A model generated the notes under the pieces. The model made no database searches and was not told the origin of the DNA. It saw only the letters and a list, made by a program, of their open reading frames with translations. Source: an uncultured Phycisphaerales bacterium (GTDB lineage: Bacteria; Planctomycetota; Phycisphaerae; Tepidisphaerales; Tepidisphaeraceae). Taken from it: a stretch of 64,000 nucleotides of DNA. The translations under genes and the position numbers were made by a program. Each line of letters begins with the position of its first letter. Position 1 is the first letter of the stretch. The stretch is taken from NCBI GenBank assembly GCA_963758525.1, contig CAVWVQ010000001.1, positions 160,001-224,000 of the forward strand, given 5' to 3'. Positions 42,019-50,727 of the stretch are shown one piece after another.

Positions 42019-43954
42019 ATCGGGGTAGGGAAGGCCGGTTTCCCGGCCTCCCCTCCCGCCGAACCGGACTGGCGGTTCTCCCGCATCCGGCTCTCCAGTC
42101 AGTGGGTTCCCGTTCGAGCGGGTTGACAGGCCAAGCGATGGGCTTGTAACAGCGAGAAAAGTCCCAGCTTGGCAAAGTATGCATTGGGCCAGCGGTAGTG
42201 GTCACGACCACCGCCACGTCCACGCCCGCCGTGGCGTCGCCGCAAGATGCTTCGCAGCCTCATACGGATCCACGCGTCCAGCGGAGCGAACGTCTCGCGT
42301 CGGCTGTGTTTGAAGTAGCCAAACCAGCCACGCAGCGTCTGATTGACCGTGCCGATGATGCAGACCATTCGAGTGCCGTTCCGACGTTGGGTCTTTTCAC
42401 GAATGGTGTCTTTGAGTTTCTTGAGGCTCTTGCTCCGGGGTTCTCTTTGACCTTGGCCAAAGTGATAGCCCAGGAAGTCGAAGCCCTTTTGTCGCTCATC
42501 GACGATTCGTGTCTTCTCCGGATGCAGCGTCAGACCGGCTTGCGCCGTCCATCGTTGCACCTCGGCCAGCGCCCGCTCGGCCTCCTCTTGGCTCTGACAC
42601 AGGATCACAAAGTCATCCGCGTAGCGCACCATCTGGAATCCCTGCCGGGCCATCAGATGGTCCAGCGGGTCCAGATAGACGTTACTCAGCAGTGGGCTGA
42701 GCACCGCGCCTTGCGGCGCGCCGGATGCGGGCGTCCACTGGTCCAGTCCTTCCAGCACGCCTTGCGTGAGGAATGATTCGATCAGTTTCAGCACTCGTCC
42801 GTCGGCCACCTTCTGGCTCACCCGCTCCATTAACTGCCGGTGCGGGATCGTGTCAAAGTAGCTTTTCAGATCCGCGTCTACCACGTACCGGTATCCGTCG
42901 TCCAAAAGTTTCTGCACGTGACGCAGCGCGTCTTTGCATCCCCTTCCGGGGCGAAAGCCGTAGCTGTGCTCGTGAAAGTCCTTCTCGAAGATCGGTTCCA
43001 GCACGTGACGCAGCGCGCCCTGAACCACGCGGTCCTGCACAGTCGGTATCCCCAGCGGTCGCCCCTGGGCGCTGCCGGGTTTGGGGATGTAGCACCGGCG
43101 GATCGCCTTGGGCCGATACGTCCCGGCCCTCAGTTCTTCCGTCAGATGCTCGATGTGCTTTTCCACATGGCGCTCGTACTGCTTCACCGTCACATGGTCC
43201 ACGCCTGCCGCTCCCTTGTTGGCCGCCACCTTACTCCATGACGACCAGAGGTTGCTGCGTTTGTAGACTTTATCAATCAGGCTGAACCAGATGCCTCCTT
43301 TGACCCCTTGTTCAAGGGCCTGCAACATGCGCGCTGTCCAGACCGATGGTTCCGCCCATGCCCATCGCGAGCCTGCGCCCGCGATGCGATGGGATTCTTC
43401 GGCTTGCTTAGCCCCGAGTCGGGGCACTCGCGCCGATTGTTGTTCCATTGGTCTATTCATCCCGCATCCACTTTCCTGCGTCCCTTGGCTCCACGCCCGT
43501 TAAGGCGTTTCGTCGCTACTACGGACGCTCTGACTCCTGCCCCGGCGGCTCTTCGACGCCGACTGGTTACGGCGTATGAACTCCGTTCGCTTTCCGGAAC
43601 AGGTCTCCCTGCTTCACGCACCAGCACTTCCAACCATTCCGACTCCAATCACCCTCACGGCCCCGGCATCGCTTTACGAGAGGCTCGTCGCCTCTCTGCA
43701 CGTTACCCTTCAGCTCACCGGGCTTCCCTTGAAAGATGCATCGCTCCCTCGCGGGTCTGGACTTCGCCACTTTTAGGCAGGCTCGTCACCGTTTCAGGCC
43801 GAATCGAGTTCACTTGTGTTTCGGACTGGTCGTTCACCTCCAGTTGCTCTCCACCTGGCCTCACGGCCACGCAGTTACTTTCAGTTACGGGCTGGAGAAC
43901 GCTATGCCCGGAGAGGACTTGCACCTCTCTATGCTGGTACGCTCGCAGGCGCAC
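42019..43954 (-). mobile_element. Group II intron, full length, copy 1
   Basis: 5' GTGCG; domain V GAGCCGGATGCGGGAGAACCGCCAGTCCGGTTC; domain VI ending CCCTACCCCGAT; internal RT. Confidence 0.95.
42099..43460 (-). CDS. ltrA: Group II intron reverse transcriptase/maturase without HNH domain
   Basis: GAAGVD, RPLGIPTVQDR, SYGFRPGR, PQGAVLSPLL, YADD, FDFLGY, RGWFGYF. Confidence 0.96.
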   Translation of the reverse strand: MNRPMEQQSARVPRLGAKQAEESHRIAGAGSRWAWAEPSVWTARMLQALEQGVKGGIWFSLIDKVYKRSNLWSSWSKVAANKGAAGVDHVTVKQYERHVEKHIEHLTEELRAGTYRPKAIRRCYIPKPGSAQGRPLGIPTVQDRVVQGALRHVLEPIFEKDFHEHSYGFRPGRGCKDALRHVQKLLDDGYRYVVDADLKSYFDTIPHRQLMERVSQKVADGRVLKLIESFLTQGVLEGLDQWTPASGAPQGAVLSPLLSNVYLDPLDHLMARQGFQMVRYADDFVILCQSQEEAERALAEVQRWTAQAGLTLHPEKTRIVDERQKGFDFLGYHFGQGQREPRSKSLKKLKDTIREKTQRRNGTRMVCIIGTVNQTLRGWFGYFKHSRRETFAPLDAWIRMRLRSILRRRHGGRGRGGGRDHYRWPNAYFAKLGLFSLLQAHRLACQPARTGTH

Positions 43955-44242
43955 CTAAACCGCTGCGCGGTGGGCAGTCGCCCGGCGTTCGGTACTCTAA
44001 GCATTGCCGCAGCCTTCTCTCTGACGAGCGATTATCAGTTTGCGACACCGCCTTTTTTGTCGGAAATATGCTATGAATACAATCCCCTGTAATAATGTAT
44101 GCGCACGGTTTTTCGGGCTAATTGCTCCCGTGCGTTGACGTCCAAAATCGGTTCAGTTCAACAGACTTTATCCAGCGTGCGACAAGCGGTCGCGAGTACC
44201 GGCGTCGCTGGCGCACGCTGGATAAAGTCCTCTTCGTTATCG
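43955..44242 (+). other. ORF-less cassette body plus atypical attC 6 (44156-44242)
   Basis: R'' GTTCAAC, 18-bp perfect inverted repeat, R' GTTATCG; AT-rich promoter-like interior. Confidence 0.75.
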
Positions 44243-44253
44243 GGCACAAGACG

Positions 44254-44811
44254 ATGCCGACCAGCGAATCCATGCGTGGTGCGTTCGCGACCGATGCGGG
44301 CATGCACGCCCTCTGGTCGCCGGAAGCCTTTTCGCAGGTCCATGACTACCAAACGTGGGCGCGGGAACTGGAGGATGACGCAGACATAACACGGCACATC
44401 TCGGCCGGCGACTTCGTCCCGATCAACATCGGCCGAGACATGGTCGCGGAGGTAGAGGTGCGTATGAGCAGCGCGGGCGTGGCTGCGCTTTCGGAGCGAG
44501 AGCGGCGATACCTGTTCCTCGCCTCCGAGCCGTACCGCTTCGTCTCCCGCGGGGCGGTCGCGGTCGGCGGAATCGAGCATGTTGCCGGGGAGGTGACGCG
44601 GTCGACACGGGCGATGCCGTTGGCGGCCGGGCAATGGTCCGTTGTCGTGCACATGATCAACTGGGACGACGAGCCGGGCGCATTCGCGTCCCCGGGCAAG
44701 CCGGCGGTGACGGCCCTGCCGGACTACCTGGTCACGATCAGTCCGGCCGTAAAAGGCCAAGCCTTCCGCGCCGAGCTGCGTACCTTCCCGCCGCCCGGAA
44801 GTGCCCGATAA
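44254..44811 (+). CDS. Cassette 7 hypothetical protein
   Basis: 185-aa ORF; cassette ends GTTATCGGGCAC / GTGCCCGATAAC. Confidence 0.78.
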   Translation: MPTSESMRGAFATDAGMHALWSPEAFSQVHDYQTWARELEDDADITRHISAGDFVPINIGRDMVAEVEVRMSSAGVAALSERERRYLFLASEPYRFVSRGAVAVGGIEHVAGEVTRSTRAMPLAAGQWSVVVHMINWDDEPGAFASPGKPAVTALPDYLVTISPAVKGQAFRAELRTFPPPGSAR

Positions 44812-44860
44812 CCAGCCAATGCTGTGGACGGCCCCGCGTCGCGTCGAAAGTTTGTCCTTG
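44806..44860 (+). other. attC 7, left half only
   Basis: CGATAAC-cagcc-AATGCTGT...gtttgtccttg, then switches to TTGAA plus intron. Confidence 0.85.
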
Positions 44861-44865
44861 TTGAA

Positions 44866-45194
44866 ATCGGGGTAGGGAAGGCCGGTTTCCCGGCCTCCCC
44901 TCCCGCCGAACCGGACTGGCGGTTCTCCCGCATCCGGCTCTCCAGTCAGTGGGTTCCCGTTCGAGCGGGTTGACAGGCCAAGCGATGGGCTTGTAACAGC
45001 GAGAAAAGTCCCAGCTTGGCAAAGTATGCATTGGGCCAGCGGTAGTGGTCACGACCACCGCCACGTCCACGCCCGCCGTGGCGTCGCCGCAAGATGCTTC
45101 GCAGCCTCATACGGATCCACGCGTCCAGCGGAGCGAACGTCTCGCGTCGGCTGTGTTTGAAGTAGCCAAACCAGCCACGCAGCGTCTGATTGAC
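44866..45194 (-). mobile_element. Group II intron 3' fragment, copy 3
   Basis: Matches 42019-42347; broken at the Y1 element. Confidence 0.92.
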
Positions 45195-45195
45195 T

Positions 45196-45990
45196 GGTGA
45201 GGAAAGGGGGTCATCAGCCTTTTCTGCCGATTGAGTTGATGGTATGCTGGTGGAATGGCCCGTAAACCCCGATTCTCTCCCGGCGGTTTGGTGTATCACG
45301 TGATGAACCGCACGCCGGGACGCGTCGAATTGTTCGAAGCTTCCGGCGACTATCAGGCGTTTGAGAAGGTGCTGATTGAGGCGCTGGATCTGCATCGGGG
45401 GATGCGGCTCTGCGCCTATTGCCTGATGCCCAACCATTTCCATCTGGTGCTCTACCCCAAGACCGATGGCCAATTGTCCCGCTTCATGCAATGGCTCACC
45501 ATGACCCATGCCGCCCGCTGGCATGCCCATCGCCACAGCGTGGGGCGGGGGCATCTGTATCAGGGGCGGTTCAGGAGCTTTCCCATTCAGCAGGACGGCC
45601 ATTTTCTGAGCGTCTGCCGCTACGTTGAGCGGAACGCATTGCGGGCCAATCAGGTTGCCAAGGCACAGGACTGGCGGTGGAGCTCGCTATGGGCCCGGGA
45701 TGATCGCAGCAGTGCGATCGCTCCTTTTCTGGCTCCCTGGCCGGTGGAGAGGCCGGCCCGATGGGTGACGCTGGTGAACCGGGCGGAAAGCGAGGAGGAG
45801 CTTGCCGCGTTGCGCCGCGCGGTTGCCCGCGGCCGGCCGTACGGCGATGATCGCTGGTCGCAACGGACGGCGAAGGCGCTGGGCACGGAAAGCTCGTTGC
45901 GCCCGATCGGCCGTCCGAGCAAATCAAAGTCGCGAAAGAAAGGCTGATGGCGGATGCCGGAAGATTGGCTTATGACCCCCTTTCCTCACC
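45196..45990 (+). mobile_element. Y1/RAYT-like transposase element with 24-bp terminal inverted repeats
   Basis: ggtgaggaaagggggtcatcagcc / ggcttatgaccccctttcctcacc (23 of 24 match). Confidence 0.85.
45255..45947 (+). CDS. HUH Y1 transposase (REP-associated tyrosine transposase-like)
   Basis: YHVMNR, AYCLMPNHFHLVL, GHLYQGRF, RYVERN, WRWSS. Confidence 0.92.
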   Translation: MARKPRFSPGGLVYHVMNRTPGRVELFEASGDYQAFEKVLIEALDLHRGMRLCAYCLMPNHFHLVLYPKTDGQLSRFMQWLTMTHAARWHAHRHSVGRGHLYQGRFRSFPIQQDGHFLSVCRYVERNALRANQVAKAQDWRWSSLWARDDRSSAIAPFLAPWPVERPARWVTLVNRAESEEELAALRRAVARGRPYGDDRWSQRTAKALGTESSLRPIGRPSKSKSRKKG

Positions 45991-45994
45991 CGAC

Positions 45995-46280
45995 GCGCTC
46001 AGGCGTCGATCGCGCGCCAAGTGGGTCAAAAATGCCTCGACCTCCGCCGCTCCCAGTTCCCGCGGATGGCGCCAGCGGACCCCCGAGGCCGACGGCGCAA
46101 CCATCGCCGCCGACGAATCATCCATGGCAAGGAACTGATCGATCGCGTCCAGCGGCTTGGTTTCAACGGACTGGCGCAGTAGCGCAGAAACTCTCGAATC
46201 CATCGCTGATAGCACTCGACGGTGCTCCGCGCCAGGCGCAGCCGGGCCGCCACCTCGCCGACGCGCTCCAGCAACATCAT
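45995..46280 (-). pseudogene. intI: 5' fragment of a second intI
   Basis: Near-identical to 38750-39035 with scattered substitutions; ends at the Y1 element. Confidence 0.9.
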
Positions 46281-46426
46281 GCATCCTAACCTAGCGCATG
46301 AATTCGTCCTGTCAATATTCTGGCGATGAGTTGACACATGTTGCGAAAATAAAGATGATTCTGGAACCGCGAGGGATTTCCTGTAACCGCTATAGGGACC
46401 CCAGCGCGTGAGATTTGTAGTTATGC
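46281..46426 (+). other. Second promoter region and attI
   Basis: Copy of 39036-39176, ending gatttgtaG|TT at 46420. Confidence 0.88.
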
Positions 46427-46431
46427 ACCCG

Positions 46432-46800
46432 ATGAGCACCGCCCACCAAGACATGCTCGCCGGCGGTTGCGTGTCCATTTGGCTCGGCGACATGGCCGAC
46501 GAGGACGAACTCGACGCATACCTCGGCGAGGACTTCGCCTCCGACTTTGGCTTCGACATCCACGAGCCGAACGGGCCGGAGTACGACATTCAGGATTCGA
46601 CCGACGTTCGTTCGCTGCTGGAGGGGTTCTCGCAGTGGCGGCAATTCGTCGGCGCGGCGGTGGCGGCCGCGGCAGACGCAGGCATCACCGAGGCGACGAC
46701 CGCGGTAGTGTTCTACTCCCTCAAGTACGACCCCGATCTGGCCAACAATCCGGTCGCCCCGCTGCGGTTCATTGGCACGGTTCCGCTGTCGGCCGCGTGA
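46432..46800 (+). CDS. Cassette 8, Imm22-like immunity protein
   Basis: VSIWLG..ELDAYL..FASDFG..LLEGFS pattern; acidic. Confidence 0.65.
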   Translation: MSTAHQDMLAGGCVSIWLGDMADEDELDAYLGEDFASDFGFDIHEPNGPEYDIQDSTDVRSLLEGFSQWRQFVGAAVAAAADAGITEATTAVVFYSLKYDPDLANNPVAPLRFIGTVPLSAA

Positions 46801-46820
46801 CTCGCGGCATCCCGGCGGTT

Positions 46821-46927
46821 GCATAACCAGCCGCTGCTGTGGACGGGTCCGCACGCGGCTGTTATCGTTCGTCCTCCAACGTCTGTCGGCGCGTGCGTTA
46901 CCCGCCACAGAGCGTCAGTCGTTATGT
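46821..46927 (+). other. attC 8
   Basis: GCATAAC-cagcc-GCTGCTGT..ACAGAGC-gtcagtc-GTTATGT. Confidence 0.9.
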
Positions 46928-46937
46928 GCCTCGTCGC

Positions 46938-47210
46938 ATGAGCAGTCCGCCACCCACCATCGACGGTGCCCGTGTCCTCTGGTGGGCATGGGCGGGCGAC
47001 CAGCCATTCGGAACATCCGGCGACATCGAAGTTTTCGGGTTCGCGATCTGCCAGTACGAGTCCGGCAGCCTTTACCGCTTTAGCTGCGATCGAAATTGGG
47101 AAACGGTGAACGACTCTGATCATTGCGACGTCGAGGAAGCGAAGGCGCAAATTCCCCAGAACTATTCGGCAGCCGCCGACAGAATCCACTGGCAGTCGGC
47201 CGGCACATAA
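46938..47210 (+). CDS. Cassette 9 small hypothetical protein
   Basis: AICQY..YRFSCDRNWE motif; stop inside R''. Confidence 0.75.
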   Translation: MSSPPPTIDGARVLWWAWAGDQPFGTSGDIEVFGFAICQYESGSLYRFSCDRNWETVNDSDHCDVEEAKAQIPQNYSAAADRIHWQSAGT

Positions 47211-47312
47211 CCAGCCGTTGCTGTGGACGGGCCCGCGTCGCGAATATATTCTCTTCTAATCTGGCGGTTGTCAGCGCGTCGCGTTGCCCGCCACAGAACG
47301 TCATCCGTTGAA
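47205..47312 (+). other. attC 9, core site interrupted by an intron
   Basis: ACATAAC...ACAGAAC-gtcatcc-GTTGAA. Confidence 0.88.
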
Positions 47313-49248
47313 ATCGGGGTAGGGAAGGCCGGTTTCCCGGCCTCCCCTCCCGCCGAACCGGACTGGCGGTTCTCCCGCATCCGGCTCTCCAGTCAGTGGG
47401 TTCCCGTTCGAGCGGGTTGACAGGCCAAGCGATGGGCTTGTAACAGCGAGAAAAGTCCCAGCTTGGCAAAGTATGCATTGGGCCAGCGGTAGTGGTCACG
47501 ACCACCGCCACGTCCACGCCCGCCGTGGCGTCGCCGCAAGATGCTTCGCAGCCTCATACGGATCCACGCGTCCAGCGGAGCGAACGTCTCGCGTCGGCTG
47601 TGTTTGAAGTAGCCAAACCAGCCACGCAGCGTCTGATTGACCGTGCCGATGATGCAGACCATTCGAGTGCCGTTCCGACGTTGGGTCTTTTCACGAATGG
47701 TGTCTTTGAGTTTCTTGAGGCTCTTGCTCCGGGGTTCTCTTTGACCTTGGCCAAAGTGATAGCCCAGGAAGTCGAAGCCCTTTTGTCGCTCATCGACGAT
47801 TCGTGTCTTCTCCGGATGCAGCGTCAGACCGGCTTGCGCCGTCCATCGTTGCACCTCGGCCAGCGCCCGCTCGGCCTCCTCTTGGCTCTGACACAGGATC
47901 ACAAAGTCATCCGCGTAGCGCACCATCTGGAATCCCTGCCGGGCCATCAGATGGTCCAGCGGGTCCAGATAGACGTTACTCAGCAGTGGGCTGAGCACCG
48001 CGCCTTGCGGCGCGCCGGATGCGGGCGTCCACTGGTCCAGTCCTTCCAGCACGCCTTGCGTGAGGAATGATTCGATCAGTTTCAGCACTCGTCCGTCGGC
48101 CACCTTCTGGCTCACCCGCTCCATTAACTGCCGGTGCGGGATCGTGTCAAAGTAGCTTTTCAGATCCGCGTCTACCACGTACCGGTATCCGTCGTCCAAA
48201 AGTTTCTGCACGTGACGCAGCGCGTCTTTGCATCCCCTTCCGGGGCGAAAGCCGTAGCTGTGCTCGTGAAAGTCCTTCTCGAAGATCGGTTCCAGCACGT
48301 GACGCAGCGCGCCCTGAACCACGCGGTCCTGCACAGTCGGTATCCCCAGCGGTCGCCCCTGGGCGCTGCCGGGTTTGGGGATGTAGCACCGGCGGATCGC
48401 CTTGGGCCGATACGTCCCGGCCCTCAGTTCTTCCGTCAGATGCTCGATGTGCTTTTCCACATGGCGCTCGTACTGCTTCACCGTCACATGGTCCACGCCT
48501 GCCGCTCCCTTGTTGGCCGCCACCTTACTCCATGACGACCAGAGGTTGCTGCGTTTGTAGACTTTATCAATCAGGCTGAACCAGATGCCTCCTTTGACCC
48601 CTTGTTCAAGGGCCTGCAACATGCGCGCTGTCCAGACCGATGGTTCCGCCCATGCCCATCGCGAGCCTGCGCCCGCGATGCGATGGGATTCTTCGGCTTG
48701 CTTAGCCCCGAGTCGGGGCACTCGCGCCGATTGTTGTTCCATTGGTCTATTCATCCCGCATCCACTTTCCTGCGTCCCTTGGCTCCACGCCCGTTAAGGC
48801 GTTTCGTCGCTACTACGGACGCTCTGACTCCTGCCCCGGCGGCTCTTCGACGCCGACTGGTTACGGCGTATGAACTCCGTTCGCTTTCCGGAACAGGTCT
48901 CCCTGCTTCACGCACCAGCACTTCCAACCATTCCGACTCCAATCACCCTCACGGCCCCGGCATCGCTTTACGAGAGGCTCGTCGCCTCTCTGCACGTTAC
49001 CCTTCAGCTCACCGGGCTTCCCTTGAAAGATGCATCGCTCCCTCGCGGGTCTGGACTTCGCCACTTTTAGGCAGGCTCGTCACCGTTTCAGGCCGAATCG
49101 AGTTCACTTGTGTTTCGGACTGGTCGTTCACCTCCAGTTGCTCTCCACCTGGCCTCACGGCCACGCAGTTACTTTCAGTTACGGGCTGGAGAACGCTATG
49201 CCCGGAGAGGACTTGCACCTCTCTATGCTGGTACGCTCGCAGGCGCAC
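47313..49248 (-). mobile_element. Group II intron, full length, copy 2
   Basis: Apparently identical to copy 1 at offset 5294; all listed ORF translations inside it match. Confidence 0.95.
47393..48754 (-). CDS. ltrA: Group II intron reverse transcriptase/maturase
   Basis: Identical 453-aa protein to copy 1. Confidence 0.96.
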   Translation of the reverse strand: MNRPMEQQSARVPRLGAKQAEESHRIAGAGSRWAWAEPSVWTARMLQALEQGVKGGIWFSLIDKVYKRSNLWSSWSKVAANKGAAGVDHVTVKQYERHVEKHIEHLTEELRAGTYRPKAIRRCYIPKPGSAQGRPLGIPTVQDRVVQGALRHVLEPIFEKDFHEHSYGFRPGRGCKDALRHVQKLLDDGYRYVVDADLKSYFDTIPHRQLMERVSQKVADGRVLKLIESFLTQGVLEGLDQWTPASGAPQGAVLSPLLSNVYLDPLDHLMARQGFQMVRYADDFVILCQSQEEAERALAEVQRWTAQAGLTLHPEKTRIVDERQKGFDFLGYHFGQGQREPRSKSLKKLKDTIREKTQRRNGTRMVCIIGTVNQTLRGWFGYFKHSRRETFAPLDAWIRMRLRSILRRRHGGRGRGGGRDHYRWPNAYFAKLGLFSLLQAHRLACQPARTGTH

Positions 49249-49536
49249 CTAAACCGCTGCGCGGTGGGCAGTCGCCCGGTGTTCGGTACTCTAAGCATCG
49301 CCGCAGCCTTCTCTCTGACGAGCGATTATCAGTTTGCGACACCGCCTTTTTTGTCGGAAATATGCTATGAATACAATCCCCTATAATAATGTACGCGCGC
49401 GGTTTTTCGGGCTGATTGCTCCCGTGCGTTGACGTCCAAAATCGGTTCAGTTCAACAGACTTTATCCAGCGTGCGACAAGCGGTCGCGAGTACCGGCGTC
49501 GCTGGCGCACGCTGGATAAAGTCCTCTTCGTTATGC
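49249..49536 (+). other. ORF-less cassette body plus atypical attC 10 (49450-49536)
   Basis: Copy of 43955-44242 with 6 substitutions. Confidence 0.75.
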
Positions 49537-49540
49537 AGCC

Positions 49541-50014
49541 ATGGCATGTCGGAGCAAACAACTTACCGCCGCAATGGACTTCGCCTTCGCAGAATTGAAA
49601 CGCCTCGGCGGTAAACCTGACCATTTGCCCGAACCGCTGCGAATCGTCGTCATCATCATCTCGGCTCAAGGCGTGATCGATAACGGCGGTCTGCAATACT
49701 TCCTTGAAGAGGACTTCCCGAACAACCCGCCGTATTCGGTTTTCGTGGATGCGTACCGGACGATAGGTGTTGGAGCCGCTGCCGACGCCATTGCCGCGGC
49801 TGTCGCCTTATTCCCATTCTCCGAGCCTCATCTCTTTAAGAAGAAGCGAAACGAGTTTCTGGATTCATTTAACGACGAGGACGACGAGCCGGTTGATAGT
49901 CCCTTTGAGCCGCTGTCGGACCAGCTGTGTGGTAATCAAACTATATGGCAAGCGCTGGACGCGTATGTCGGTCGGCATAGCCTTGCCTTCCAACAATCCG
50001 GCGGCGGTCGGTAG
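49541..50014 (+). CDS. Cassette 11, DUF4375/DMP19-like protein
   Basis: QGVIDNGGLQYF..AYRTIG; acidic. Confidence 0.75.
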   Translation: MACRSKQLTAAMDFAFAELKRLGGKPDHLPEPLRIVVIIISAQGVIDNGGLQYFLEEDFPNNPPYSVFVDAYRTIGVGAAADAIAAAVALFPFSEPHLFKKKRNEFLDSFNDEDDEPVDSPFEPLSDQLCGNQTIWQALDAYVGRHSLAFQQSGGGR

Positions 50015-50017
50015 GCT

Positions 50018-50127
50018 GCATAACCCGCCAATGCTGTGGACGGCCCCGCGTCGCGTCGAAAGTTTGTCCTGGGTATAGTGTTCCTCGGCGCGTCGCGTTG
50101 GCCGCCACAGATTGTCATCCGTTCTCC
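50018..50127 (+). other. attC 11
   Basis: GCATAAC..AATGCTGT..ACAGATT..GTTCTCC. Confidence 0.9.
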
Positions 50128-50143
50128 CGCAGGAGCGTTCCCA

Positions 50144-50578
50144 GTGACCCCCACCGAATCGGACACCGAACTGCGCCGTCGAGTCGGCGTTCCGCTCGAC
50201 AGTCTGGCCGTCCGGCAAGGCATCGAAGCCATGCTGGCCTTTTACGCCGATCAGCGAGCCGACGGCGTCCACATGGACGAAGATGGCGACATGCTTTTAT
50301 TCCAATGGGGCGTGTATAGCTTCTCGGGACCTCCGACTTTTCAGCTTAATCTGACTCGGCAATTCATCTTGCCAGATGAGGACGAGCCGTACCAGCTTTC
50401 GCTGACTTTCCATCATGCGCCTTCCGATCAAATGAAGGCGTTGGAGGCAGGAAATCGCTGGTGTCATTCGACCGATGATCTGCCGGAATTCAGGACGTTC
50501 ATCGATCGTTCGGCAGCAGTCGCAGCAGCAATGGGTTCTCAACCGCTCAAGGTGGATCTCACGTTCAGCCAGTGTTGA
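50144..50578 (+). CDS. Cassette 12 hypothetical protein
   Basis: AGGAG RBS with GTG start; DGDMLLFQWG..LTRQF motif. Confidence 0.78.
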   Translation: MTPTESDTELRRRVGVPLDSLAVRQGIEAMLAFYADQRADGVHMDEDGDMLLFQWGVYSFSGPPTFQLNLTRQFILPDEDEPYQLSLTFHHAPSDQMKALEAGNRWCHSTDDLPEFRTFIDRSAAVAAAMGSQPLKVDLTFSQC

Positions 50579-50601
50579 GATCATCCGCCATCCGGCCTGC
50601 G

Positions 50602-50711
50602 GGAGAACCAGCCAATGCTGTGGACGGCCCCGCGTCGCGTCGAAAGTTTGTCCTTGGTATAGTGCTCCTCGGCGCGTCGCGTTGCCCGCCACGGAACGTC
50701 ATCCGTTAATG
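50602..50711 (+). other. attC 12
   Basis: GGAGAAC..AATGCTGT..GTTAATG. Confidence 0.88.
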
Positions 50712-50727
50712 CTCCAAAGGTCTTCCG

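Noticed and set aside
44946..45602. Fusion ORF ending in the maturase C-terminus
   Set aside because: Antisense of the Y1 transposase running into the truncated intron; not a credible gene.
42099..48754. RT as retron, DGR or defence RT
   Set aside because: It has the group II intron RT and X domains inside complete GTGCG...domain V/VI boundaries; I saw no template/variable repeat pair or msr/msd.
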